Below are positions 45,503 to 55,029 of a stretch of DNA of 64,000 nt, one piece after another. This DNA comes from an uncultured candidatus Porisulfidus sp. GTDB lineage: Bacteria > Pseudomonadota > Gammaproteobacteria > Poriferisulfidales > Oxydemutatoraceae. Within the stretch, counting starts at the first letter, position 1; each line of letters opens with the position of its first letter. The notes below the pieces were generated by a model. The model was not told the DNA's origin and searched no databases. It saw nothing but the letters and a program-made list of their open reading frames with translations. Location of the stretch: the NCBI GenBank assembly GCA_965215125.1, contig OZ244052.1:416001-480000 (forward strand). The letters are read 5' to 3'. The position numbers and the translations under genes are program-made.

Positions 45503-48418
45503 CTACTGACATACCTCGCAGTCCGCATCCAACACCGGACATGGCTGTTGACCGTTGTCCGAGATATCGACTGCATTCAACTTGCCGTCGACGGTCTCCA
45601 TCGTACTCTTTTCAACATGGGTTGCGCCGAGGGCTCGCAAATAATATGTCGTTTTTAATCCTTGTAGCCAAGCTAATTTATAAAGTGTGTCTAATTTCTT
45701 TCCCGAAGGTTCTGCCATATAGAGATTCAGCGATTCCGATTGATCTATCCATTTTTGACGTCGCGCAGCAGCCTCAACCAACCATCTAGGGTCCAGTTCA
45801 AACGCAGTCGCATAAATCGCTTTCAAATCGTCGGGAACACGCTCTATTTTTTGTATGCTGCCGTCGTAATACTTGAGGTCATTGACCATAACCTCATCCC
45901 ATAAACCCAGCTGTTTCAAATCTTTCACCAAGTACTCGTTGATTACCGTAAACTCACCCGATAGATTGGATTTCACATAGAGGTTTTGATAGGTCGGTTC
46001 TATGCTTTGAGAAACCGAACAGATATTGGAAATCGTTGCGGTCGGTGCGATCGCCATCGTATTAGAATTTCTCATGCCGTATTTTTTAACGCGTTTGCGT
46101 AGCGCATCCCAATCCATCGTCTTGGAGGTATCCATTTTCAAAAATCCGTCGCCGCCACGGCTCTTAGCGAGCAACTGTATAGAGTCTATAGGCAATATCC
46201 CTTGGCTCCACAACGAACCGTCGTAGGTCGAATAAACGCCTCTTTCCCTCGCCAGTTCAACCGATGCTTCAATCGCATAATAGCTGATCGCCTCCATAGA
46301 ACGATCGGCAAATTCAACCGCCTCCCGGTTCGCATAAGGGATACGCAATTTATAGAGTGCGTCTTGAAAACCCATCATACCCAAACCGACCGGACGGTGT
46401 CTCAGATTGGAGGCCCTCGCTTTTATAACACTGTAATAATTATATTCGATGACATTATCCAACATCCGCATCGCGGTATGTATGGTTTTGCGTAGCTTAT
46501 CGGTATCGAGTCCCCTGGCTCCCAAGTGCGCAACCAAATTGACCGAACCCAAGTTGCACACTGCAATCTCTTCGTCGCTGGTGTTGAGCGTAATCTCGGT
46601 ACATAAATTGGAAGAATGCACTGTGCCTTTGTGCTGTTGCGGTGAGCGTAAATTGCAAGGGTCTTTGAATGTCAACCACGGGTGACCGGTTTCATACAGC
46701 ATGCTCAACATTTTGCGCCACAAATCAACCGCTTTTATCCGCTTATAGCGTTTGATATCGCCCCGCTCGGCTGCAGATTCGTATTCTGCATAACGTTTTT
46801 CAAATTCTGTCCCGTACAGTTCGTGTAAATCGGGAACCTCGTCGGGTGAAAACAAAGTCCACATTTCATCGCTTTTGACGCGCTTCATAAAGAGATCGGG
46901 AATCCAATTCGCGGTATTCATATCGTGAGTACGCCGACGATCGTCGCCGGTATTTTTTCTAAGTTCCAAAAACTCCTCTATATCTAAATGCCAGGTCTCC
47001 AGATAAGCACAAACTGCGCCTTTACGTTTACCGCCTTGATTGACGGCAACCGCAGTATCGTTCGCTACTTTTAGAAAGGGTACGATACCTTGCGATTCGC
47101 CGTTAGTACTCTTGATGTAAGAACCCATCGCACGCACGCGCGACCAATCGTTGCCTAGACCGCCGGCAAACTTGGACAACATCGCGTTATCCTGTATCGC
47201 ACCGAATATACCCAGCAAGTCGTCGGAGACAGTCGTCAAATAACAAGACGACAACTGCGGGCAACGCGTGCCGGAATTAAATAAGGTCGGCGTAGAACTC
47301 ATAAAAGCAAAACTGGATAACAAGTTATAAAACTCTATAGCCCTATCCTCTCGGTCAATCTCGTTAATCGCCAACCCCATCGCAACACGCATAAAAAATG
47401 CTTGCGGCAACTCAAAACGCACTTTATAGGAGTGTATAAAATAGCGGTCATACAAGGTCTGCAAGCCCAAATAATTAAAACTCAGATCGTTCTCGGGCTT
47501 TAATGCAGCTGCCAATTTTTGCAAATCAAATTCGTTATGCAAACGCATATCGAGCAACTCAAGTTCACACGCACGCTTGATGTATCGGACAAAATAGTCC
47601 GGATACTGTTGCGCCATTTCACTAAAAGTTGCCTCGGTATATTGTTTATCCATAAACGATAATGCCTCGCAACGTAGCCTGTCCAACAATAGACGTGCGG
47701 CAACCTTAGCATACGCAGGTTCTTTTTCCACCATAGAACGCGCACTGAAAATCAGCGCATCGCTAAGATTTTTAACATTGATGCCGTTGAAGATATTATG
47801 ACGAGCCTCTTTTATAATCATCTCGCTATCCACATCGGCAATACCTTCGCATGCTTCTTTAGATATTTTAAGCACACGATTCCAATCCAACGGTTTACTT
47901 TCGTCGTCTCCGTACTTAACTAGAATTTCCTCGCTTTCGGTCTTTTTATCGGGTTGCTTCTCTAATTCTTGGGCGGTGCGTTCGCGAGCACGTTGTTCAC
48001 GATAAAGCACATAAGAGCGAGCAACCTTATAGTGACCGTTGCGCATCAAGGCTAATTCAACCTGATCCTGTATATCTTCTATATGAAAAGTGGAACCTGC
48101 CGTGCGTGAACGGGTCAAACCCTCTACGACTTGGTCGGTCAGGCCGGCAATCGTCTCCCGAACCCTAGGCGATGCTGCCGCAGCACTCCCTTCTACCGCA
48201 ATAAATGCTTTGCTCATCGCAACGTAGATCTTACTGTTATCAAATACGGTGACCTTACCGTTACGGCGTATCACTTTGAATTGTCCCGGTGCGGTGTTTG
48301 ATACCTCGGCAACATCGAGTCCGGATATATTTTGAGAGATATGAGAGGACGTAGTCGGTTGAGGGTGAACGCGGTCTATCGTTTGTGATTTACCACCGTT
48401 CTTATTTATTACATTCAT
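45503..48418 (-). CDS. nrdA: Ribonucleotide reductase class Ia alpha subunit with two ATP-cone domains
   Basis: VIRRNG ATP cone, STPTLFNSG, QLSSC, SSNLCTEI, AIAPTATIS, KTTYY, C-terminal CxxC. Confidence 0.97.
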   Translation of the reverse strand: MNVINKNGGKSQTIDRVHPQPTTSSHISQNISGLDVAEVSNTAPGQFKVIRRNGKVTVFDNSKIYVAMSKAFIAVEGSAAAASPRVRETIAGLTDQVVEGLTRSRTAGSTFHIEDIQDQVELALMRNGHYKVARSYVLYREQRARERTAQELEKQPDKKTESEEILVKYGDDESKPLDWNRVLKISKEACEGIADVDSEMIIKEARHNIFNGINVKNLSDALIFSARSMVEKEPAYAKVAARLLLDRLRCEALSFMDKQYTEATFSEMAQQYPDYFVRYIKRACELELLDMRLHNEFDLQKLAAALKPENDLSFNYLGLQTLYDRYFIHSYKVRFELPQAFFMRVAMGLAINEIDREDRAIEFYNLLSSFAFMSSTPTLFNSGTRCPQLSSCYLTTVSDDLLGIFGAIQDNAMLSKFAGGLGNDWSRVRAMGSYIKSTNGESQGIVPFLKVANDTAVAVNQGGKRKGAVCAYLETWHLDIEEFLELRKNTGDDRRRTHDMNTANWIPDLFMKRVKSDEMWTLFSPDEVPDLHELYGTEFEKRYAEYESAAERGDIKRYKRIKAVDLWRKMLSMLYETGHPWLTFKDPCNLRSPQQHKGTVHSSNLCTEITLNTSDEEIAVCNLGSVNLVAHLGARGLDTDKLRKTIHTAMRMLDNVIEYNYYSVIKARASNLRHRPVGLGMMGFQDALYKLRIPYANREAVEFADRSMEAISYYAIEASVELARERGVYSTYDGSLWSQGILPIDSIQLLAKSRGGDGFLKMDTSKTMDWDALRKRVKKYGMRNSNTMAIAPTATISNICSVSQSIEPTYQNLYVKSNLSGEFTVINEYLVKDLKQLGLWDEVMVNDLKYYDGSIQKIERVPDDLKAIYATAFELDPRWLVEAAARRQKWIDQSESLNLYMAEPSGKKLDTLYKLAWLQGLKTTYYLRALGATHVEKSTMETVDGKLNAVDISDNGQQPCPVLDADCEVCQ

Positions 48419-49074
48419 TCATTTAGACTAGTTGCTGTTAATCGGTTTTTTAATACCACCCGTCCGAAGTAACTTTCTTTTAAAATTCTTACTCTACAGA
48501 CCTTTAAAATTATAAAAATATATCTTTTTATTGTAATAAGTATATTAAATTAAAAAGAGCGACGCAAGAGGCATGCAAAGAATAAAGCACGCATTAGTTC
48601 TTAACTTAATCCGACGAACGAACTAAAAAATCCGATGAACAAATTTGTGTAGTTTTAGATATGTCGCTCAGAACAGTACCGCTAAACGACGGCTATAAAT
48701 GCCGACTAAAATTTAGTATATTCGGACCGCCGTACCGACTCTCACTGTTTCCGATTTAGGATAAGCCGTGTTCAAATATCCATAAACCGAATTAAAATAT
48801 TATCCTTAACTTCTGCAATTTGATTCGGCTATTAAGTCACCGTACGAGAGGCCTTATGGACCGGTGTGGATGCTAAATTCCAAACGATGCAACGATGAAA
48901 TTTCACATACACCGGTATTGATCATCTCTATACATTTATATATACAACAATGTCAAATATTCTAAAATTAACTCTCGGGCCTCCCCTTCGTAGAAGTATG
49001 CGCTTGGCAAATATGAAATCGGAAGAGAAATATGCGACTAGTCGGAACTGTAAAAATACTTATGTATTGCCACC

Positions 49075-49192
49075 TGTGGATAACTTTATGTATAAACCAA
49101 TTTTTATTATTATTTCAAACAGTTAATATAGGATAGGGCTGTGGATAAGTCATTGACTAAGCTGCACTAATCTGTGCATAAGCTGTGGATAA
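49075..49192. promoter_or_regulatory. DnaA-box cluster with an IHF-like site
   Basis: TGTGGATAA at 49075, 49140 and 49184; TGTGCATAA at 49173; TTTCAAACAGTTA at ~49113 inside an AT-rich stretch. Confidence 0.75.
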
Positions 49193-49468
49193 GTAACGTA
49201 TACAGCGAATTTGTCGCTTATTTCACCGATATAATTCGGCAATTCTGTAGCCCGGCGCAATAGGATCCTATACGCACAGATTGTCGCCAAAATTGAAACC
49301 TATGTATTATTCTATAAAAAACCTATATTTAGTTTGAATACATAGTTTATAGGCTTATAATAGGGATACGGTTTTTGGATGAACCTTTTGCTTTAATACC
49401 GGTGCTTCACTTGCAGATTAGGCAAATAGGCATACAATAGATACTTTTCCTCTATTAGCAAGGAGACT

Positions 49469-50737
49469 ATGAACAGATATTTATCTTTACGTATTATAAC
49501 GACATCGTTATTGATATTAGCAATCAGCGTTGGATTTTGGGGTAGCGGCATCTACTCCGCCAATGCCGAACAAGCGACTTTACCACTTAAAGAGTTGCGT
49601 ACATTCAGCGATGTCTACGGGCGCATCAAAACTTCTTATGTAGACGAAATAGACGATGCAACTTTAATTGAGGGAGCCATTGACGGGATGCTTGCGAAAC
49701 TCGACCCTTATTCGGTTTTTCTTAAAAAGAAATCGTACGAAGAACTCAAGGTCAACACAACCGGTAAATTCGGTGGTCTAGGCATAGAAGTTGATAAAGA
49801 AGGAGGTTTCGTTCATGTGATCGCGCCGATAGACGACACACCCGCAGAACGCGCAGGAATACAAGCAGGCGATTTAATATCGGAGATTAATAACAAATCG
49901 ACTAAAAGCCTGTCCTTGCAGGAGGCAGTAGAACAAATGCGCGGTGAAGTAGGCACCACGATTACTTTGACGATACTTCGCAAAAAAGAAAAAGAACCCG
50001 AGCAGAAAGAAACCCTATACAAAAAGTTATCTATCAGCTTGACGCGCGCGGTTATCAAGGTTCAAAACTCTCGCCATGTTCTACTCGAACCCGGTTTCGG
50101 TTATGTACGTATTTCTAAATTCCAGCAACGTACCAGTCAAGATCTGATGGAAAGCATCGAAGAACTAAACAAGGAAAACCAAAAACCGCTACAAGGATTG
50201 ATTGTAGATTTGCGCAATAATCCCGGCGGTATGCTCAACGAAGCGATCAATGTTGCAGACTTGTTTTTGCCCAATAAAACATCGGTAGTCTATACCAAAG
50301 GTAGGATTGAAGGTTCCACCATAGAATATAAAACATCCAGACCCGACCAAACCAACGGGCTAACCGTAATGTTACTAATCAACAAAGGTTCGGCTTCGGC
50401 TTCCGAAATTGTTGCCGGCGCGTTGCAAGATAACGATCGCGCAATGATCTTAGGCACGCAATCCTTCGGCAAAGGATCGGTGCAAACCGTACATCCTTTT
50501 GATGCGGAACATGCGCTCAAGCTGACCACCGCTAAGTACTACACGCCTTCCGGTATCTCAATACAAGATGTGGGCATCACACCGAATTTTGAGCACAAGT
50601 TTGAACAGCTCAGCGACGAAGAGGCGGAAGCACGCAATAAAATAAGCAGAAAAGACTTAAAAGCTCGCCTCGGCTACGACAGCCAAGTACAACAAGCAAT
50701 CAAAGAGCTGAAAAAGCTGGCACTAAAGCCGTCGTAG
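49469..50737 (+). CDS. ctpA: Carboxy-terminal processing protease (S41, PDZ)
   Basis: LDPYS, FGGLGI PDZ loop, DLRNNPGG, GSASASEIVAGALQD, SFGKGSVQ, TTAKYYTPSG. Confidence 0.92.
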   Translation: MNRYLSLRIITTSLLILAISVGFWGSGIYSANAEQATLPLKELRTFSDVYGRIKTSYVDEIDDATLIEGAIDGMLAKLDPYSVFLKKKSYEELKVNTTGKFGGLGIEVDKEGGFVHVIAPIDDTPAERAGIQAGDLISEINNKSTKSLSLQEAVEQMRGEVGTTITLTILRKKEKEPEQKETLYKKLSISLTRAVIKVQNSRHVLLEPGFGYVRISKFQQRTSQDLMESIEELNKENQKPLQGLIVDLRNNPGGMLNEAINVADLFLPNKTSVVYTKGRIEGSTIEYKTSRPDQTNGLTVMLLINKGSASASEIVAGALQDNDRAMILGTQSFGKGSVQTVHPFDAEHALKLTTAKYYTPSGISIQDVGITPNFEHKFEQLSDEEAEARNKISRKDLKARLGYDSQVQQAIKELKKLALKPS

Positions 50738-50750
50738 AAGAAGTAATACG

Positions 50751-51284
50751 ATGCCCGAAGTGCTTATCCCGTTGGCAACCGGCTACGAAGAAGTAGAAGC
50801 GGTTACATTAATAGACTTGTTGCGCCGTGCCGATATCAAAGTCACCACCGCCGCCTTGGACACCAAAGAAGTGTGTAGCTTACACGGCCTACACTTGGTT
50901 GCCGATACTACGCTCGACGAAGTTAAGGAATACAACTTTGATATGGTCGTGCTACCGGGCGGACAACCCGGTGCCGACAACCTCAATGCCGATCCTAGAA
51001 TCCACGAAATTCTAAAACGCCACCGTACAACGCAATGGATCGGTGCCATTTGCGCAGCCCCGAAGGTGCTGGTTGACGCGGGTGTTGTAGATCAATTAAA
51101 AATCACCGCTTACCCCGGCGTTTTAGAGGGGCAAAGTTCCCCAACCGAAGCGGTAGCATGCGACGACAAAGTGATTACCTCTCGCAGTCCCGGCACTGCG
51201 ATGGAATTTGCGCTGACAATCATAGAAAAACTAGTCGGCACCGAAAAGAGAAAAGCTGTAGAGAGCGACCTCATAACGGCATAA
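50751..51284 (+). CDS. yajL: DJ-1/PfpI family protein (YajL/ThiJ)
   Basis: GYEEVEA..DLLRRA, LPGG, AICAAP, TSRSPGTAMEFAL. Confidence 0.88.
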   Translation: MPEVLIPLATGYEEVEAVTLIDLLRRADIKVTTAALDTKEVCSLHGLHLVADTTLDEVKEYNFDMVVLPGGQPGADNLNADPRIHEILKRHRTTQWIGAICAAPKVLVDAGVVDQLKITAYPGVLEGQSSPTEAVACDDKVITSRSPGTAMEFALTIIEKLVGTEKRKAVESDLITA

Positions 51285-51496
51285 ACCGCCGATTGAACCT
51301 GCAGGTCAATTGGTATCACATTTTGCCAAACCGCAATGCAACCGACATATGTAGAGGCAGACCATTCCCCTCCTTCGGAGGGGTGGCAGGCGCGATAGAA
51401 CCACCACTTGTTGCAGTAGCACAAGTGGTGTCACTTTGTGCAGGACACTAACGCATATTGCAAAATGTAAAGCCTTTCTCTGGGGTGGTTGTCGTA
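51284..51496. repeat. Composite repeat cluster (partial module C, GTAG half-REP, family A with variant module C)
   Basis: ccgccgattga..tcaattgg; gtagaggcagac; cattcccctccttcggaggggtggcaggc; tagaacc..ttgcaaaatg; ggggtggtt. Confidence 0.75.
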
Positions 51497-51514
51497 ATTA
51501 GGTGGCGTAGAGGG

Positions 51515-52308
51515 TTAGGGAAGGAAGCCTTCCAGGAAGACTCTGAGCTGGGTTTGGATGGTGTACGGATCCACGGCAAAGGCAAAGATCTCTTCCCGGC
51601 TGATACCGTCTGCTCGGGTTGCGGTAATCCTCACTTGGTAGCGACCGGCTCGGGTCGGGGTGCCATAGAGCATTGCCCCTTCTATGCGAAAGCCGAGCTC
51701 GTCGTGCGCTAGTTCGTTTTGCATCTCGTCCAGTAGGACGATGCTATAGTTCAGTGGTGTCGGACTAGTTAAAATCTCCGACGCAGTGAAGCGGTAATTT
51801 GACCCGGCTTCGCCTCTGGGAATGGCGCGCTCCGTGACGGCAATACGGGCAATCTTTAGGTCGTTACTTACTAACGCACCGCTCAGGTTCGATACCGTTG
51901 CGGTCGTTGCTTCCACTTGGAATAAGTACTCGGCATCGGCAAGGTCGTCGCTTAAATCCAATATCAGTTCGGCATGGGTCGTCGTCGCACGCACCACATC
52001 TTCAATGCGCAGTCCCGGCGGGGCATTTCTTAATCTGAAATCGTCCGGGCTGAGTGCTTGCTTCCAATGCGCACCGGCTAAGGTTAACTGCAAACTAGTC
52101 TTACCTTTTAGGTACGATAGGTCGTCGCTTGCTAGTGCGTTCAGTTGCACTTCGTAGCCGCGTATCTTCAGCTTCCAGTTTCTTAGTGTGACCATCCCGC
52201 CTGCCGCATTCCTGGCGATGAGTCGTCGTCGATGTCTATGTCGGTAAAGGTTTGGGCGTATAGGTGCGTGCCGAGTAGCACGAATAGGATGGTTATATAG
52301 TTTTTCAT
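51515..52308 (-). pseudogene. Internally deleted, frameshifted member of the giant secreted-protein family
   Basis: AGGAGGT RBS and ATG 52308 give MKNYITILFVLLGTHLYA|QTFTDIDIDDD, then a frameshift (stop at 52183). A second frame gives an Ig-like domain (LYGTPTRAGRYQVRITAT) ending LRVFLEGFLP*. Confidence 0.75.
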
Positions 52309-52455
52309 AATTACCTCCTGATAATTAAGTTCTATTAATTTACTAACTCATCCGCCCCCTGGATAAATTTCTATCAGGATAAATGATCTTTAATTTTTAA
52401 TCAAGGGCTATTGCCCATGTTTGCACGATTATAGAAACTCTTATTGAGTGGCACA

Positions 52456-52822
52456 GGGTGGTGGGGTTTGTGCAGACACGAAGGGGCTATTGAAAAAGTG
52501 CGGACATCGCACAAATTCAAACGCTGTGCGCCAACAAATAATGGTTTCCGTAAATTGGATGAATGAATATATAAATCATGCAGATACGACACCACCACCC
52601 CGGTCAGGCTCAGTAGAACCGCCGATTGACCTACTGGTTCAATCGGCGTGACTTTGTTCAGAACCTCAACATGATTGCTAAACGCATACATTGCAAAATG
52701 CTTAGGCCACCCCTCCGAAGGAGGGGAATAACCACCCCGTCAGGCGTAGCCTGCCACCCCTCCGAAGGAGGGGAATTAGATTGTGCAGAACCACAATGTA
52801 ACCGACATGCGTAGGGGTGGAC
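52456..52822 (+). repeat. Composite repeat cluster with tandem family A units and module C
   Basis: Two cccctccgaaggagggg hairpins (~52710 and ~52757) joined by accaccccgtcaggcgtagcctgcca; module C at 52614-52704. Confidence 0.85.
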
Positions 52823-52824
52823 TA

Positions 52825-54210
52825 TCACGATGCGATTCGTAGATACGGAGCCAGTTTGTGTCGTGCAAGATAGAGTAATAACAAACTGGGAACGACCATC
52901 ACCGTTGTCAAAATAAAAAACTGCATCCAGTCGCCGTCTAAAAAATCGACGAGTTGTCCGCTGTGTGCCGATAGCGTAGTACGCGATAGGTTTCCCAGAG
53001 AGGCGAGTAGCGCATATTGGGTTGCCGTATAAACACGACCACACAGTTGCGATATAAAAGCGACAAAAGCAACCGTAGAAATCGCGGTGGTGAATTGATC
53101 GCCGATCACTGCCACCGCAAATAACCGCGTGTCCGGTCCTACCGTAGCGAGTAGAGCAAACAGCAGATTGGTGGCAGCCATAGCAATCCCGCAAATTATC
53201 AAGCCTTTGAACAAACCGAAACGCACGCTAAAAATGCTCCCTATTATAGAAAATGCGATGATGCTACCCCAACCGACTAATTTAGAATATGTAGCAATCT
53301 GAGTTTCGTCAAAGCCAACCTCGGAATAGAACAACAAAGACATGCGCCCCAAAAAGGCTTCCCCTATCTTAAACAGGAATATAAAACCCAGTATTAAAAT
53401 TGATAACTGCAAACCGTTGCGACCGAAAAAGTCTGCCAGAGGTTTCCACACCAGAGAGATAAACCACGCCGATAGTGCCGCCAAAGCGGGAACCATATAG
53501 CGTCGTTTGAGCCAATTCGAGTATAGTGCCGTACGGGTTTGTCTCTGTAGCTGCAATCGCTTGTTTGCCGATTTTTCCGGGATCAACATCAATCCGATAT
53601 TGCTCAGAACAATGATTACCGTCATCAATAAATAACTCAGGTTCCACGGTTCGGCAACCCCTATTTCTTTTAATGCGGCAACCCCGTAAAGCGCGAGTGC
53701 ACCACCGGCGTTATAGCCGGTGTACCATCCCGCCGTTGCCATCGCCGCACCGACCACAACCAAAGCCTGTTCGTTCTTGGCAACCAACTCTATGCGCAAT
53801 GCGTCTATCGCAACATCCTGGGTTGCGGCAGCGGTTGCAATCACTAAGGCGGTCGCTGCAACATACACTAGAGAGGTTTGCACCGATATAAAATACATCG
53901 CAACGGCTGCCGAGAAAATAATAATCTGCATCGTCGCTATCCACGCTTTGCGCTGACCTATGCGTTTGGATAAAAACGGAATACGAATCGTATCGACCAA
54001 AGGCGCCCACAAAAAATTGATTGCGAATACCGCAAACACATAACCGAACAAACCGATCGCACTACGGCTCAAGCCTTCGTCTTTCAACCACAAAGTCATC
54101 ATCGAACCGATCAGTACCCACGGGAAACCGCTGATCGTTCCGATTAGGAGTATTTGCAGTATGCGAATATCCTGATACGGTCTTAAATGATCGAGCCAAT
54201 TTTTTGACAT
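52825..54210 (-). CDS. ampG: Muropeptide permease (MFS)
   Basis: SGFPWVL, FLWAPLVD, GQRKAW, ATQDVAIDALRIE, TATQYALLASL. Confidence 0.92.
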   Translation of the reverse strand: MSKNWLDHLRPYQDIRILQILLIGTISGFPWVLIGSMMTLWLKDEGLSRSAIGLFGYVFAVFAINFLWAPLVDTIRIPFLSKRIGQRKAWIATMQIIIFSAAVAMYFISVQTSLVYVAATALVIATAAATQDVAIDALRIELVAKNEQALVVVGAAMATAGWYTGYNAGGALALYGVAALKEIGVAEPWNLSYLLMTVIIVLSNIGLMLIPEKSANKRLQLQRQTRTALYSNWLKRRYMVPALAALSAWFISLVWKPLADFFGRNGLQLSILILGFIFLFKIGEAFLGRMSLLFYSEVGFDETQIATYSKLVGWGSIIAFSIIGSIFSVRFGLFKGLIICGIAMAATNLLFALLATVGPDTRLFAVAVIGDQFTTAISTVAFVAFISQLCGRVYTATQYALLASLGNLSRTTLSAHSGQLVDFLDGDWMQFFILTTVMVVPSLLLLYLARHKLAPYLRIAS

Positions 54211-54240
54211 ATCATCTTGCGGTCGGAGGCTAATAAAAAA

Positions 54241-55029
54241 TCATACCGATGTGTTCGCGGAAATCCTTTGGTAATCGATGATTAACGGTGCATGGTCGGA
54301 AAACCGTTTGTCTTTATAGATGCGTGCCGCCTGCGGATGATAAGGTGCGCGCGCAGAGCTTAGTTGATAGTCAATACGCCATCCTACATTGTTTTCCCAC
54401 GCGCGTCCTCGATTAGACCACCAAGTATATTGATCGGGATCACGACACAGCACTCTGAATACATCGCAATAACCGACTTCGCCGAACAAGGTATCCAACC
54501 ATTGCCTCTCTTCGGGTAGAAAACCCGAGTTTTTTTTGTTGCCTCGCCAGTTTTTTAGATCTATTTCCTTATGTGCGATATTGATATCGCCGCAAATAAT
54601 ATAATGTCTGCGCCGTCGCTTCAAACGAATCAGATGCTCCATAAAGCTGTCCATAAAACGATATTTTGCCTGTTGACGCGCCTCGCCGGAAGACCCCGAC
54701 GGCGCGTAGACCGAAACCACCGATAAATTACCGAATTGCCCTTCTAGGTAGCGTCCTTCGTTATCGAACTCGGAATCGCCGTATGCCTTGATAATTTTAT
54801 CGGCTTTTCGTTTTGAATACAGTGCCACACCGCTATAGCCCTTTTTTTCGGCACTGTGGTAATAACAATGAAAACGATTCGGGAAAAACTTCTTGTCGTC
54901 GAGTTGCTCGGGCTGTATGCGCAGTTCCTGTAAGCATACAAAATCGGCATTCTGGCGGGCGAGCCAACGATAAAACCCTTTGCCGGCAGCCGAGCGTATG
55001 CCGTTGACATTGAGCGTGATAATCCGCAT
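54241..55029 (-). CDS. xth: Exodeoxyribonuclease III (Xth/ExoA family)
   Basis: NVNGIRSA, CLQE, KGYSGV, EGR, GDINIAH, YTWWS, GWRIDY, SDHAP. Confidence 0.9.
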   Translation of the reverse strand: MRIITLNVNGIRSAAGKGFYRWLARQNADFVCLQELRIQPEQLDDKKFFPNRFHCYYHSAEKKGYSGVALYSKRKADKIIKAYGDSEFDNEGRYLEGQFGNLSVVSVYAPSGSSGEARQQAKYRFMDSFMEHLIRLKRRRRHYIICGDINIAHKEIDLKNWRGNKKNSGFLPEERQWLDTLFGEVGYCDVFRVLCRDPDQYTWWSNRGRAWENNVGWRIDYQLSSARAPYHPQAARIYKDKRFSDHAPLIIDYQRISANTSV

